A stretch of DNA of 36,992 bases, taken from assembly GCA_012797715.1 (NCBI GenBank), contig JAAZOO010000210.1:1-36992 (forward strand), written 5' to 3'. Under the pieces are notes generated by a model, which was not told where the DNA came from, did not search any database, and was given only the letters and a program-made list of their open reading frames with translations. Source of the DNA: Geobacteraceae bacterium. GTDB lineage: Bacteria; Desulfobacterota; Desulfuromonadia; Geobacterales; Geobacteraceae. Numbering within the stretch: position 1 is the stretch's first letter; the number at the start of each line of letters is the position of its first letter. Shown piece after piece: positions 1 through 9,170 of this stretch. A program made the translations under genes and the position numbers.

Positions 1-1026
1 GACGGTAAACTGACGACCAGAATACGTGACGAGAACATCAGGTATGTACTGGAAAACCTCGTTCATTTCGGCGCTCCGACGGAGATCCTCTGGCTAGCGA
101 AGCCCCATATAGGAACTGACAGGTTGCAGAGGGTAGTTCGCCGTATCCGTCATGAGCTTCTAGCTCGCGGGTGCGACTTCCTCTTTTCCAAAAAGCTTAC
201 CGACATTTCCACTCGAAATAATCGTGTGAAGACTGTCGTGATTAATGACAGTGAAGAAATTTCCTGTGATTTTCTTGTGCTCGCCACCGGTCACAGCGCC
301 CGAGATACCTACGAGATGCTCGAGCGGCGAGGTATTTATCTGGAAAAGAAACCATTCGCCGTTGGGGTGCGTGTGGAGCATCCCCAGAAACTGATTAATT
401 CCATTCAGTATGGCATTCCCGCACATCCCTGCCTGCCACAGGCTGAATACTCCCTGACCTTTTCCGACCCGCAGACAGGGCGGTCGGTCTATTCCTTCTG
501 CATGTGCCCGGGCGGGGTTGTGATGGCTGCCGCTTCAGAGACAGGGTGTCTTGTGACGAATGGAATGAGCGCGTACCAAAGGAATGCGCCCTATGCCAAC
601 AGCGCCCTGGTTGTGACGGTTGACGGAAGTGATTTTCCGGGGAACACCCCTCTGGCCGGGGTGGAGTTCCAGAGGAAGTGGGAGCGGAAAGCCTTTGCCG
701 TCGGCGGCTCCACGTATCGAGCCCCTGCCCAGAATCTCCTCGATTTCGTCGAGGGGAAAGTTTCGCGGGGTGTCCGTTCAAGTTATCGTCCCGGTGTCGT
801 GGAGACGGACCTTGCCGGGGCGCTCCCCCTTGAAATCACGCAGGCATTGAAGGCCGGCATCAAAGGTTTTGATCGCAAGATGCACGGTTTTCTCACCCAC
901 GAAGCAACGCTTACAGGCGTCGAGACGAGGACGTCGTCACCCGTTCGTATCGTACGGGGCGATGATCTGCAATCCGTGAGCCTCAGGGGGCTTTTCCCGA
1001 CCGGAGAGGGCGCAGGGTATGCGTGA
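1..1026 (+). CDS. FAD-dependent oxidoreductase, COG2509-like. The 5' end lies outside the window, and the ORF stops at a TGA that looks premature (see findings).
   Basis: Frame 1 is open from base 1 (DGKLTTRIRDENIRYVLENLVHFGAPTEILWLAKPHIGTDRLQRV...) into the tracked ORF 124..1026. Motifs LVLATGHSARDTY, FCMCPGG and LFPTGEGAGYA are typical of this FAD-dependent family. Confidence 0.8.
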   Translation, partial: DGKLTTRIRDENIRYVLENLVHFGAPTEILWLAKPHIGTDRLQRVVRRIRHELLARGCDFLFSKKLTDISTRNNRVKTVVINDSEEISCDFLVLATGHSARDTYEMLERRGIYLEKKPFAVGVRVEHPQKLINSIQYGIPAHPCLPQAEYSLTFSDPQTGRSVYSFCMCPGGVVMAAASETGCLVTNGMSAYQRNAPYANSALVVTVDGSDFPGNTPLAGVEFQRKWERKAFAVGGSTYRAPAQNLLDFVEGKVSRGVRSSYRPGVVETDLAGALPLEITQALKAGIKGFDRKMHGFLTHEATLTGVETRTSSPVRIVRGDDLQSVSLRGLFPTGEGAGYA

Positions 1027-1109
1027 GGAATCATGAGTGCGGCCATTGACGGAATACGCATAGCCGATAGAATCGCCTCGGAAGCATCCGAAGATACAAG
1101 GAGCAGCGA

Positions 1110-2207
1110 GTGACCAAGATATTTGTCAGCGACATTCGTGATAGGACCCAGGTTGATGCCGTGTTCCTCGTCAAAGAGAAGATCACCGCCGTAGCGAGAA
1201 ATGGAAAGCCCTACCTAACCCTGCATCTCATGGACAAGACCGGAGACATCGAGGGCCGGGTTTGGGAAGATGTGGATTCCATCGGATCACGTTTCGAAAA
1301 GGACGATTTCATCCGAATACGCGCCAAGGCAACCGTATACCTGGGGAAGATGCAGCTGATTGTGTCCGAACTTTCACGGGTGCCTGATCAGGAGGTCCGT
1401 ATTGCCGATTTTCTCCCCGAAGGAGAGCGTGACAGCGATGAGATGCTTGCCGAGTTGTCCTCCCTGGTAGAATCCTGTGCCGACGTAAATCTGCGCCGCC
1501 TGCTTCAGTCTTTTTTCGACGATGCCGGATTTTTGGAGCTGTACCGGACGGCGCCTGACGCCAAGGGGATGCATCACGTATATCTCGGAGGTCTTCTCGA
1601 GCATTCACTGGCGGTCGCGCGTCTCGTTGACAGCATTGTGCCTCTCTATCCCGATCTCAACAGAGACCTGCTCCTGGCCGGAGCACTTCTCCATGATGTG
1701 GGCAAGGTACGGGAAATGACCTATCTCCGCTCCTTTGATTATACGGACGAAGGGAAACTGGTCGGCCACATCACAATCGGCGTGGAAATGGTCAATGAAA
1801 GAATCCTCGAGCTGGGGGATTTCCCGCCGGAACTGGCAATGCTGCTGAAGCATATGATCCTTTCCCATCACGGGCAGTACGAATTCGGTTCTCCCAAAAG
1901 ACCGAAGACCGTTGAAGCGACGGTTCTCAATTATCTTGATGATCTTGATTCCAAGATCAATGGCATCAGGACTCACATTCGGAAGGAACCGGAGAGCCGG
2001 TCGAGGTGGACCGCGTACCACAGGCTGTATGATCGATACTTTTTCAAGAACAACGGCCATGGAGAAGAGAAGAGCTCCCTGCCCGAAAAACGGACAGAAA
2101 GCGATCGGCATGAGGAAGCACCTGCGGAAACCGGTGAAAAGGATACAGGAGGTTTTCGCAACACTCCGTTTGAAAAACTGAAACAAAAAAATCTCGAACT
2201 ATTCTAA
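1110..2207 (+). CDS. OB-fold plus HD-domain phosphohydrolase, YhaM-like 3'-5' exoribonuclease family
   Basis: 365-aa ORF. The GTG start has AAGGAG 6 nt upstream. It has an N-terminal OB-fold-like segment (GKPYLTLHLMDKTGDIEGRVWE) and HD motifs (LLHDVGK, ILSHHG). Confidence 0.8.
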   Translation: MTKIFVSDIRDRTQVDAVFLVKEKITAVARNGKPYLTLHLMDKTGDIEGRVWEDVDSIGSRFEKDDFIRIRAKATVYLGKMQLIVSELSRVPDQEVRIADFLPEGERDSDEMLAELSSLVESCADVNLRRLLQSFFDDAGFLELYRTAPDAKGMHHVYLGGLLEHSLAVARLVDSIVPLYPDLNRDLLLAGALLHDVGKVREMTYLRSFDYTDEGKLVGHITIGVEMVNERILELGDFPPELAMLLKHMILSHHGQYEFGSPKRPKTVEATVLNYLDDLDSKINGIRTHIRKEPESRSRWTAYHRLYDRYFFKNNGHGEEKSSLPEKRTESDRHEEAPAETGEKDTGGFRNTPFEKLKQKNLELF

Positions 2208-2220
2208 CGAAAGGTGACAC

Positions 2221-2856
2221 ATGATTATAGAATCTGTTGTCGTCGGCCCCTTACTGGTAAATTGTTACGTGCTTGGATGCGAAAGCAGCAGAGAAGGTGT
2301 GGTACTTGATCCGGGGCACGATGTGGAACGGATATTGAGTGTCGTTTCCCGCCACGGCCTGAAGGTGGTTTCCGTGATAAACACCCATGGTCATTTCGAT
2401 CACACAGGCGGCAACAAGAAAATAGTGAATGAAACCGGGGCGGGGCTTCTCATTCATGAACTGGATGCTCCGATGTTGACGAGGGCGGTTGATACGGCCG
2501 CCATGTTCGGGTTGACGGCTGAGAATTCGCCGCCTCCCACACGATTTCTTACCGAAAGCGAATTCATTCCTTTCGGGAAGTTTCGGCTGCAGGTATTGCA
2601 TACTCCCGGGCACACACCGGGGGGGTGCTCGCTTTTTATAGATGGGATGGTATTTACCGGGGACACCCTTTTCTCAGATTCTGTCGGCAGGACTGATTTC
2701 CCCGGAGGTTCTTCCGTTGCGCTGGGGAAGAGTATTCGTGAGAAGCTGCTGGTACTCCCCGATGACACGCTTGTTTATCCGGGACACGGTCCATCAACAA
2801 CCATCGGCAGGGAAAGGAGACACAACCCCTACCTCACTCCTTCCGGAGTCATGTAA
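2221..2856 (+). CDS. MBL-fold metallo-hydrolase (glyoxalase II-like)
   Basis: 211-aa ORF with the NTHGHFDHTGG metal-binding motif, plus HTPGHTPG and a C-terminal YPGHG. Confidence 0.85.
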   Translation: MIIESVVVGPLLVNCYVLGCESSREGVVLDPGHDVERILSVVSRHGLKVVSVINTHGHFDHTGGNKKIVNETGAGLLIHELDAPMLTRAVDTAAMFGLTAENSPPPTRFLTESEFIPFGKFRLQVLHTPGHTPGGCSLFIDGMVFTGDTLFSDSVGRTDFPGGSSVALGKSIREKLLVLPDDTLVYPGHGPSTTIGRERRHNPYLTPSGVM

Positions 2857-2869
2857 GGGAAAAGGCATC

Positions 2870-4081
2870 ATGAAAGATAAAGTTGTCATACTTGGCGTCA
2901 CCGGCGGCATTGCCGCATACAAAGCTGCGGAACTGGTGCGGCTTCTCGTCAAGGGAGGCGCCCGCGTGCATGTGATCATGACAAAGGCGGCTCAACACTT
3001 CGTCTCTCCACTCACCTTTCAGACCCTGTCCGGAAATCCGGTACACACCGAACTCTTCAACCTCATCGAAGAGCAGGAGATCGGCCATATTTCCCTCGCG
3101 GAAAGGGCCGATCTCGTTTTGATTGTTCCTGCAACCGCTAACTTTATCGGAAAACTGGCGTCCGGTATCGCAGACGATCTTCTTGCCACGACGGTCATGG
3201 CAACCAGGGCTCCTGTTCTGCTTGCGCCCGCCATGAACACGGCCATGTATCAGAATCCCGTCTACCGGGAAAATCAGGAGAAGCTGCTGCGGCATGGATA
3301 CCACTTTGTCCCGCCGGCAACGGGAATGCTTGCCTGCGGGTGGGAGGGAGAGGGAAAACTTCAGGAACCTTCCGTTATTCTTGAAGAGGCATTCAACCTG
3401 CTTTCATTGAAGGATCTAAAGGGTGAGAAGGTGCTCGTCACGGCAGGTCCCACCCGTGAGGAACTTGACCCGATACGTTTTTTCAGCAACTATTCGTCCG
3501 GGAAAATGGGATACGCCCTGGCTCGCGCGGCACGAAGACGGGGTGCTGAGGTGACTCTCGTGACAGGTCCGGTTTCCCTGGAGGCACCGTGGGGCGTGGA
3601 CATCGTCAGGGTCACATCGGCGTATGAGATGCTGGATGCCGTATTACGGGTATTTCCTGAGATGACTGTTGTCATAAAGACCGCAGCGGTTGCTGATTAT
3701 CGGCCCGAGGAACGTTCGCCGGGGAAGATAAAAAAATCCGAAACACCGCTGACGGTACGGCTGGTAAAGAATCCCGACATCCTTGCCGAACTGGGAAAGA
3801 CCAAAGGGAATCGTTTCCTGGTGGGATTTGCGGCGGAGACCGGAGAAATTGGTGCGAACGCGCCGCAGAAACTCCAGCAGAAGAATCTTGATCTTATTGT
3901 TGCAAATGATGTCACACGCGCCGGCGCCGGTTTCGCTGTTGATACAAATATCGTTACTCTCTATTTCAAGGATGGTAGGTCAGAGGAGCTTTCGCTCATG
4001 GGAAAGGATGAACTGGCGGATGTAATTCTGGATCGTATTGTAGCGGCACTGGGTCAGAAGCGGGAGAAAGAGAACGGGTAG
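2870..4081 (+). CDS. coaBC: Bifunctional phosphopantothenoylcysteine decarboxylase / phosphopantothenate-cysteine ligase
   Basis: ATG at 2870 (MKDKVVILGVTGGIAAYKA, flavoprotein N-terminal domain). The CoaB half carries VTAGPTREELDPIRFFSNYSSGKMG. The tracked ORF start at 2642 lies inside the previous gene and is not used. Confidence 0.9.
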   Translation: MKDKVVILGVTGGIAAYKAAELVRLLVKGGARVHVIMTKAAQHFVSPLTFQTLSGNPVHTELFNLIEEQEIGHISLAERADLVLIVPATANFIGKLASGIADDLLATTVMATRAPVLLAPAMNTAMYQNPVYRENQEKLLRHGYHFVPPATGMLACGWEGEGKLQEPSVILEEAFNLLSLKDLKGEKVLVTAGPTREELDPIRFFSNYSSGKMGYALARAARRRGAEVTLVTGPVSLEAPWGVDIVRVTSAYEMLDAVLRVFPEMTVVIKTAAVADYRPEERSPGKIKKSETPLTVRLVKNPDILAELGKTKGNRFLVGFAAETGEIGANAPQKLQQKNLDLIVANDVTRAGAGFAVDTNIVTLYFKDGRSEELSLMGKDELADVILDRIVAALGQKREKENG

Positions 4082-5001
4082 GGCCTTCGATCCCGATTTG
4101 TTGGATGGATATGTTGAAGCAGTGCCGGAGCGCAGATGGCGTGACGCAGTTTTGGTTTTAGTTCTTCTATTTGTCTATAAGCCTCATTTTGCGTTATTTT
4201 CCCGCTTTTGTACAGGATCCGGAAGTTTTTTCGCACCGCCTCAGCAGTTGCCAGGGCCCTCTCTCCGGTAGGGTCGGCAAGAAAATAGCGCGATTTTTCA
4301 CGGTGATTCAGAAAATCGAAAACTGCCTCCCGGGAAAGGGAGCAATATTCCTGCCGGTCTCTCTCCTCAAGCACATACCGTGAAGAAGCGGAAACGGTGC
4401 TGATGACGTCCTGCCATTTTTCCATGCGGCTCAGGAGCAGAATGGAATTGAAAATTCTCTTGTTGGTGGAGAAAGAAAAGATGGTGTCCGAAAGCACCTT
4501 TCTCAGCAGGACGTCATTCTCCTTGTATCGCCCAACGGAAACCCGACGTCCAATTTCCCATATTTCCCTATCCACAGTGCTGTCGAAGCGCATCTCCCAG
4601 TAGGTGTGTTTCATGGCAAGCGCAGGGAAGCTCAGCATAATTTTGTAGGGGACGAAGTAATTGTGGGCGATTGTATCCGCTGCAAGATGGGAGAGGTAGC
4701 CGAGCGCGCATGCCTCTTGCGGACGGCTTGCTGCGTTGGCGAGGATTTTCAGGCCGATGGGCCATCGATGGCAGTGCTGCAGGTAGTGGGTGAATTTCTT
4801 TCCGATAGTGATGTCTGCCGCGATGCAGCCATACAGAAAATCAAGGGGGAATTCACCGAGAACAGTTGCCACGGCAGCTGGAAGAGCTTGAAGATTGCCG
4901 AGGATTGATGTTCCCAATTGAAGGTGAAAACCTGCTCCCCAAGCGGAAGCGGAAGTGGGAAGCAGGAGCAGGAGCAGTAAAACCGTTGAGAAAATTACCA
5001 T
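4054..5001 (-). CDS. Secreted zinc-dependent phospholipase C-like family protein
   Basis: 315-aa ORF. It has a signal peptide MVIFSTVLLLLLLLPTSASA followed by WGAGFH, and an SHLAADTIAHN His/Asp motif. Family assignment is from memory of the zinc PLC fold. Confidence 0.6.
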   Translation of the reverse strand: MVIFSTVLLLLLLLPTSASAWGAGFHLQLGTSILGNLQALPAAVATVLGEFPLDFLYGCIAADITIGKKFTHYLQHCHRWPIGLKILANAASRPQEACALGYLSHLAADTIAHNYFVPYKIMLSFPALAMKHTYWEMRFDSTVDREIWEIGRRVSVGRYKENDVLLRKVLSDTIFSFSTNKRIFNSILLLSRMEKWQDVISTVSASSRYVLEERDRQEYCSLSREAVFDFLNHREKSRYFLADPTGERALATAEAVRKNFRILYKSGKITQNEAYRQIEELKPKLRHAICAPALLQHIHPTNRDRRPYPFSFSRF

Positions 5002-5800
5002 GGGATACAGAATAGTGAATGCGCCGGATAATGTAAAGAGGGAAGGCGTGTACGATTCCGAACTACAGTACCTACTGGCCGCTCTGCGCGGCTATCTTGT
5101 CGACCTGGAAGAAACCGGAGTAGACAGCTTGCCTGCCCATATGGCGAGCCATGGTGTGAGCCCAGTGCCGGAAATTGGTGAGGGTATGCAAAAGGAGGAA
5201 GGTTCTTCCACAAATCAGTGCGCAACAGCCTATCGTGAGTCGCTGGAAGAAATCAGACGGGAACTTGCCGACTGTCTCCGTTGCCCGCTGGGAGCCTCGA
5301 GAACCAATCTCGTTTTCGGAACCGGCAATGGGAGAGCCCGCATCGTTTTTGTGGGAGAGGCTCCCGGCCGTGAAGAGGACCTTGCCGGCGAACCATTTGT
5401 GGGGGAGGCAGGACGTTTGTTGACACGCATCGTCCAGGCTATGGGATTCGATAGGGATCAGGTCTATATCTGTAATGTGCTGAAATGCCGCCCTCCCGGG
5501 AACCGGAACCCTCTTCCTGTAGAAATTGCAGCCTGCTTGCCCTTTCTGCGTCGGCAGTTACAGGCGATCAGCCCCGAAGTGATCGTGGCCCTCGGCACTT
5601 TTGCAGCCCAGACGCTTCTCCACTCCCGCGAACCGATATCCCGTCTTCGCGGGCGTTTTCACGACTTTTCCGGTATTCCTCTGATGCCTACCTTCCACCC
5701 GGCCTTCCTGCTGAGGAATCCAGCCATGAAGCGCGAAGTGTGGGATGACATGCAGACGGTCATGCAACGGCTCGGCATGAAGCGGCAACGGACAGAGTAG
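5000..5800 (+). CDS. Uracil-DNA glycosylase, family 4
   Basis: Motifs GEAPGREEDLAGEPFVGEAGRLL, NVLKCRPPGNRNP and HPAFLLRNP. The start is uncertain: ATG at 5000, GTG at 4955, or a later Met. Confidence 0.85.
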   Translation: MGYRIVNAPDNVKREGVYDSELQYLLAALRGYLVDLEETGVDSLPAHMASHGVSPVPEIGEGMQKEEGSSTNQCATAYRESLEEIRRELADCLRCPLGASRTNLVFGTGNGRARIVFVGEAPGREEDLAGEPFVGEAGRLLTRIVQAMGFDRDQVYICNVLKCRPPGNRNPLPVEIAACLPFLRRQLQAISPEVIVALGTFAAQTLLHSREPISRLRGRFHDFSGIPLMPTFHPAFLLRNPAMKREVWDDMQTVMQRLGMKRQRTE

Positions 5801-5809
5801 CCCATGGAA

Positions 5810-6619
5810 TCAGCTTACCCCCAGGATAACGTCCGACGCCTTAATGACTGCGCACACCCGCTCCCCCTCCCGAAGGGAAAGTCGATGGGCGCTTTCGCAT
5901 GTGATTACAGCGCTGATCGTGCTGCCTCCGGAAAGTTCGAGAGTCACCTCCGTGTTGACAGCTCCATCCGTCACCTTGACGATGCGTCCCTGTAAAATGT
6001 TACCGGTACTGATCCTATTGATTTCCAGATCCTTTCCCAACAGGACCGAACTTGATTTGATGATGGCATAAACGTCAGAGCCTTCCTGCAAGCCAAGACT
6101 TTCGACACTCTCGTTTGTGACAATGGATACGAGTGTGTCGCCTCCTCTCAACGAGAGAACCACCTCGGAGTTGACCGCTCCCTTTGTCAGCTTGGCAATG
6201 GTGCCGGAGAAGATGTTCCGTGCGCTTACTTTCATCGATATCCTCTTGATGAATGCATAGAGTTCCTGGGCCGAACCGACCCGTTTCGAGATGGCGGCAA
6301 GAAATCTGGAATGCTCTTCCTCAATCACGCGGTACTTTCTGATGACTTCGCGTCCCTCGTCGGTCAGGCGCGTTCCGCCACCCGATTTCCCCCCTGCCGT
6401 GCGGACAAACAGGGGTTTATCTGACAGGTTGTTGATTGCGTCCATGGTATCCCACGCGGTCTTGTAGCTTATGCCGACTGCCTTTGCCGCCTTGGTGATG
6501 GAACCGAGCGTGTCTATCATTTCCAGGAGGCGTATCCTGTCGCTGCCGAGATATTCCCTGTCTGCCTTGCAGAGGGCTACCGAACCGCCGACTTCAATCT
6601 TCTTCCTGGGTGTAGTCAT
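5810..6619 (-). CDS. modE: Molybdate-dependent transcriptional regulator ModE (HTH plus two TOBE/Mop domains)
   Basis: 269 aa. The N-terminal region is LGSITKAAKAVGISYKTAWDTMDAINN...GGKSGGGTRLT, followed by two repeats of the ARN.F.G.I..........V.L type. GGAGAAGG lies upstream of the ATG. Confidence 0.85.
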   Translation of the reverse strand: MTTPRKKIEVGGSVALCKADREYLGSDRIRLLEMIDTLGSITKAAKAVGISYKTAWDTMDAINNLSDKPLFVRTAGGKSGGGTRLTDEGREVIRKYRVIEEEHSRFLAAISKRVGSAQELYAFIKRISMKVSARNIFSGTIAKLTKGAVNSEVVLSLRGGDTLVSIVTNESVESLGLQEGSDVYAIIKSSSVLLGKDLEINRISTGNILQGRIVKVTDGAVNTEVTLELSGGSTISAVITCESAHRLSLREGERVCAVIKASDVILGVS

Positions 6620-6650
6620 GGGGTCTTTTTCCTTCTCCTGCGGAATAACT

Positions 6651-9026
6651 TCAGAATCCTGACCTCTCCTTGAACAATCGAACCTGTTCCCTGATTTCAG
6701 CGGCGCTGCTCAGGTGCAAAAGGTGAGCGGCGAACTCCTCGGCGTCTCTTCTTGAGATTGAACGCAGGGCCTGTTTTACTGCCGGGAGGGAAGGGGCCGA
6801 GAGGCTGAACTCGGTAACGCCCATACCAAGGAGGAATGCTGCGTTTGACGGGTCAGAGGCCATCTCGCCGCAGAGGGAAACCGGCTTTCCTGCGTCGGCC
6901 GCGCAGTCTGCGACACGTTTGATTGAATGCAGCACCGCAGGGTGATAGGGGTCATAGTACTGCTGAACCTTTGCGTTGTTGCGGTCGGCTGCAAGGGTAT
7001 ACTGAATCAGGTCGTTGGTCCCGATACTGAAGAAATCTACTTCCCGAATCAGGAAATTCGCTATCTGAACGGCAGCCGGGAGTTCTATCATGATACCCAA
7101 TTGTATGTCGTCAGCCACTGCATGGCCGGATTTCTCAACTTCCTGTCTGGTTTCGGCCACAATCTCCTTGATGCGCCGAATTTCCTCACATGATGAGACA
7201 AGGGGGAACATGAGGCGTACCGTTCCGAAGGTGGATGCCATGAGGATCCCTGCCAGCTGTTCACGGAGAATTTCGTGCCGTTCCAGGGAGAGTCGTATTG
7301 AGCGCCATCCCATAAATGGGTTCTCTTCCTTGGGATGGGGAAAGTAGGGCAGGCTCTTATCCCCCCCGATGTCCAAGGTTCTGATTGTGACAGGGAATGG
7401 GGAGAATCCTTCCAGTACCGTGCGGAACAGGCGGAACAATTCATTCCTGTCAGGGAAGGCACTGCGGGCCATATAGGGAAATTCCGTTCGATAGAGTCCA
7501 ACCCCCTCTGCCCCGTGCGCCAAGGCAACCGTGATATCGCTCAGGAGTGCTATATTGGCGCGAAGAAATATCTTCGTTCCATCAACTGTGACTGCCGGAA
7601 GGTCGCGAAGTCCTTCCAGTTCCTGTCTTTTCCGGTTAACATCCAGTTGCAGCCGCTCGTATTCGGCTTTGACCGTGACATCGGGATTGATATAAACGCA
7701 TCCTGTATTTCCGTCAACGATGACTTCGTCCCGGTGGGTAATGCCCCTTATCTCTTCCCGGCCCACTATCACCGTCGGTATGCCGAGGGATTTTGCCATA
7801 ATGGATGCGTGGGAATTCACGTCACCGCTTCCCGTGATGATCCCGCTGATTTTAGTGTGGTCGAGCGCAGCAAGATCGGAAGGAAGAATTTCTTTTGCCA
7901 CCAGAATCCGTTTGTCACGAAATCTAAAACCGGGGCGATCGTGTCCTGTGAGACAATTGATGATCCTTCGACCGATATCTTTCATATCCGCCGACCTTTC
8001 TCTCAAGTAGGGATCTTCCATTCGAGAAAAGGCAGAAACATAGGATTCCACAACATCCTCAACGGCGCGCACCGCTCCGCAATTCCCATCAATGCGATCC
8101 TGAACCTTTGTAAGGAATCCCCGGTCCTCAAGTATCATCAGGTGGGTATGAAAAATTGCGGCATCCTCTCGAGAAAGGCTCTGCTCAACACGCTTTTCCA
8201 GATACAGGGTCTGTATCTTTGCTTTCTCGACTGCAAGCAGAAAGCGTTTTTTTTCCTCCTGGCGTGAACCGATATGCTGAAGGACGATCCGGCTGTCTCC
8301 AGAGGGCCGGTCAATGATGGAGACCTTGCCCAAAGAAAACCCGGGGGACACGGCTATGCCGTGCAGCATGCGAAGGAGTTTTCCCTTTTTACCCGGCGGG
8401 ATGGGGATAGGAGAGGAATCGCCCCCCCTTTCCTTCAGCTTTTGAAGCTCTCGTTCAAAGTAGTCACGTTCTTCTTCTTTCTTCCTGACTGAGTCGAGGA
8501 GACGCGCCGTTATAATAATGCTGCTGATTTGGTTGGAAATGGTAGTAAGTGTGCTGATTTCCTCTGTTGAAAATGTTCTGGGTTTTTTTGTCTGCACAAC
8601 GATGACGCCGGTTGGGCTTTTATGTTCGAAAAGGGGGAGTCCGAGGAAGGAATGAAAACGTTCTTCCCTGGTCTCTCGAAAATATTTGAAGCGCGGGTGA
8701 GACGGCGCATCCTCTATCGCGACCACTCCCCTCTTCTCTACCACGAGTCCGGTGAGCCCTTCCGAGGTGTTCATGCGCACCTTTCCCACTGAACTTCGAG
8801 AGAGACCCTTTGTGGCATGGAGGGTAAGAGTTTCCCCGTCTTTTTCAAGAAGATAGATGGAACAGACGTCGGATCCTGTCCTGCGAGCAACAAGATTTAC
8901 AATATTCTGGAGGGTTTCATTCAGGTCGTGGGAATGGAGAATCAGGCTGCTTATGTCTTCAAGAGTCCGCAAGCCGAGGCTTTGGCTATCATCTTGCTTT
9001 CGTGCTGGTAGTTCCCTGACTCTCAT
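6651..9026 (-). CDS. ptsP: Phosphoenolpyruvate-protein phosphotransferase with N-terminal GAF domain (EI-Ntr)
   Basis: 791 aa. It has an N-terminal GAF-like region, a phospho-His region GSGDVNSHASIMAKSLGIPTV, and a C-terminal PEP-utilising motif FFSIGTNDLIQYTLA. Confidence 0.9.
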   Translation of the reverse strand: MRVRELPARKQDDSQSLGLRTLEDISSLILHSHDLNETLQNIVNLVARRTGSDVCSIYLLEKDGETLTLHATKGLSRSSVGKVRMNTSEGLTGLVVEKRGVVAIEDAPSHPRFKYFRETREERFHSFLGLPLFEHKSPTGVIVVQTKKPRTFSTEEISTLTTISNQISSIIITARLLDSVRKKEEERDYFERELQKLKERGGDSSPIPIPPGKKGKLLRMLHGIAVSPGFSLGKVSIIDRPSGDSRIVLQHIGSRQEEKKRFLLAVEKAKIQTLYLEKRVEQSLSREDAAIFHTHLMILEDRGFLTKVQDRIDGNCGAVRAVEDVVESYVSAFSRMEDPYLRERSADMKDIGRRIINCLTGHDRPGFRFRDKRILVAKEILPSDLAALDHTKISGIITGSGDVNSHASIMAKSLGIPTVIVGREEIRGITHRDEVIVDGNTGCVYINPDVTVKAEYERLQLDVNRKRQELEGLRDLPAVTVDGTKIFLRANIALLSDITVALAHGAEGVGLYRTEFPYMARSAFPDRNELFRLFRTVLEGFSPFPVTIRTLDIGGDKSLPYFPHPKEENPFMGWRSIRLSLERHEILREQLAGILMASTFGTVRLMFPLVSSCEEIRRIKEIVAETRQEVEKSGHAVADDIQLGIMIELPAAVQIANFLIREVDFFSIGTNDLIQYTLAADRNNAKVQQYYDPYHPAVLHSIKRVADCAADAGKPVSLCGEMASDPSNAAFLLGMGVTEFSLSAPSLPAVKQALRSISRRDAEEFAAHLLHLSSAAEIREQVRLFKERSGF

Positions 9027-9170
9027 GGGTAAAAAAGTATACGGGATACGTAATGAAAAAAAAAGGATTTTCAGTTCAAAATGGGGAGAATAGGGAGGAT
9101 TTCTGGTAATGGATCCCTGTTTCTGATATAGTTTGACGGATTAAAACAAAATGGAGGGAGGGGAGAATTG

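Noticed and set aside
1024-1026. The TGA as a recoded codon (Gly as in genetic code 25, or selenocysteine).
   Set aside because: TGA terminates many well-delimited genes in this window (nnr, cimA, bioF, ptsP, the ABC ATPase, DUF3108), so it is not reassigned. I see no convincing SECIS-like hairpin immediately downstream, and the aligned family position is a structural Gly rather than a redox Cys.
2642-2869. N-terminal extension of coaBC given by the tracked ORF (start at 2642).
   Set aside because: The extension lies entirely inside the preceding MBL hydrolase gene in another frame. The conserved flavoprotein N-terminus begins at the ATG at 2870.
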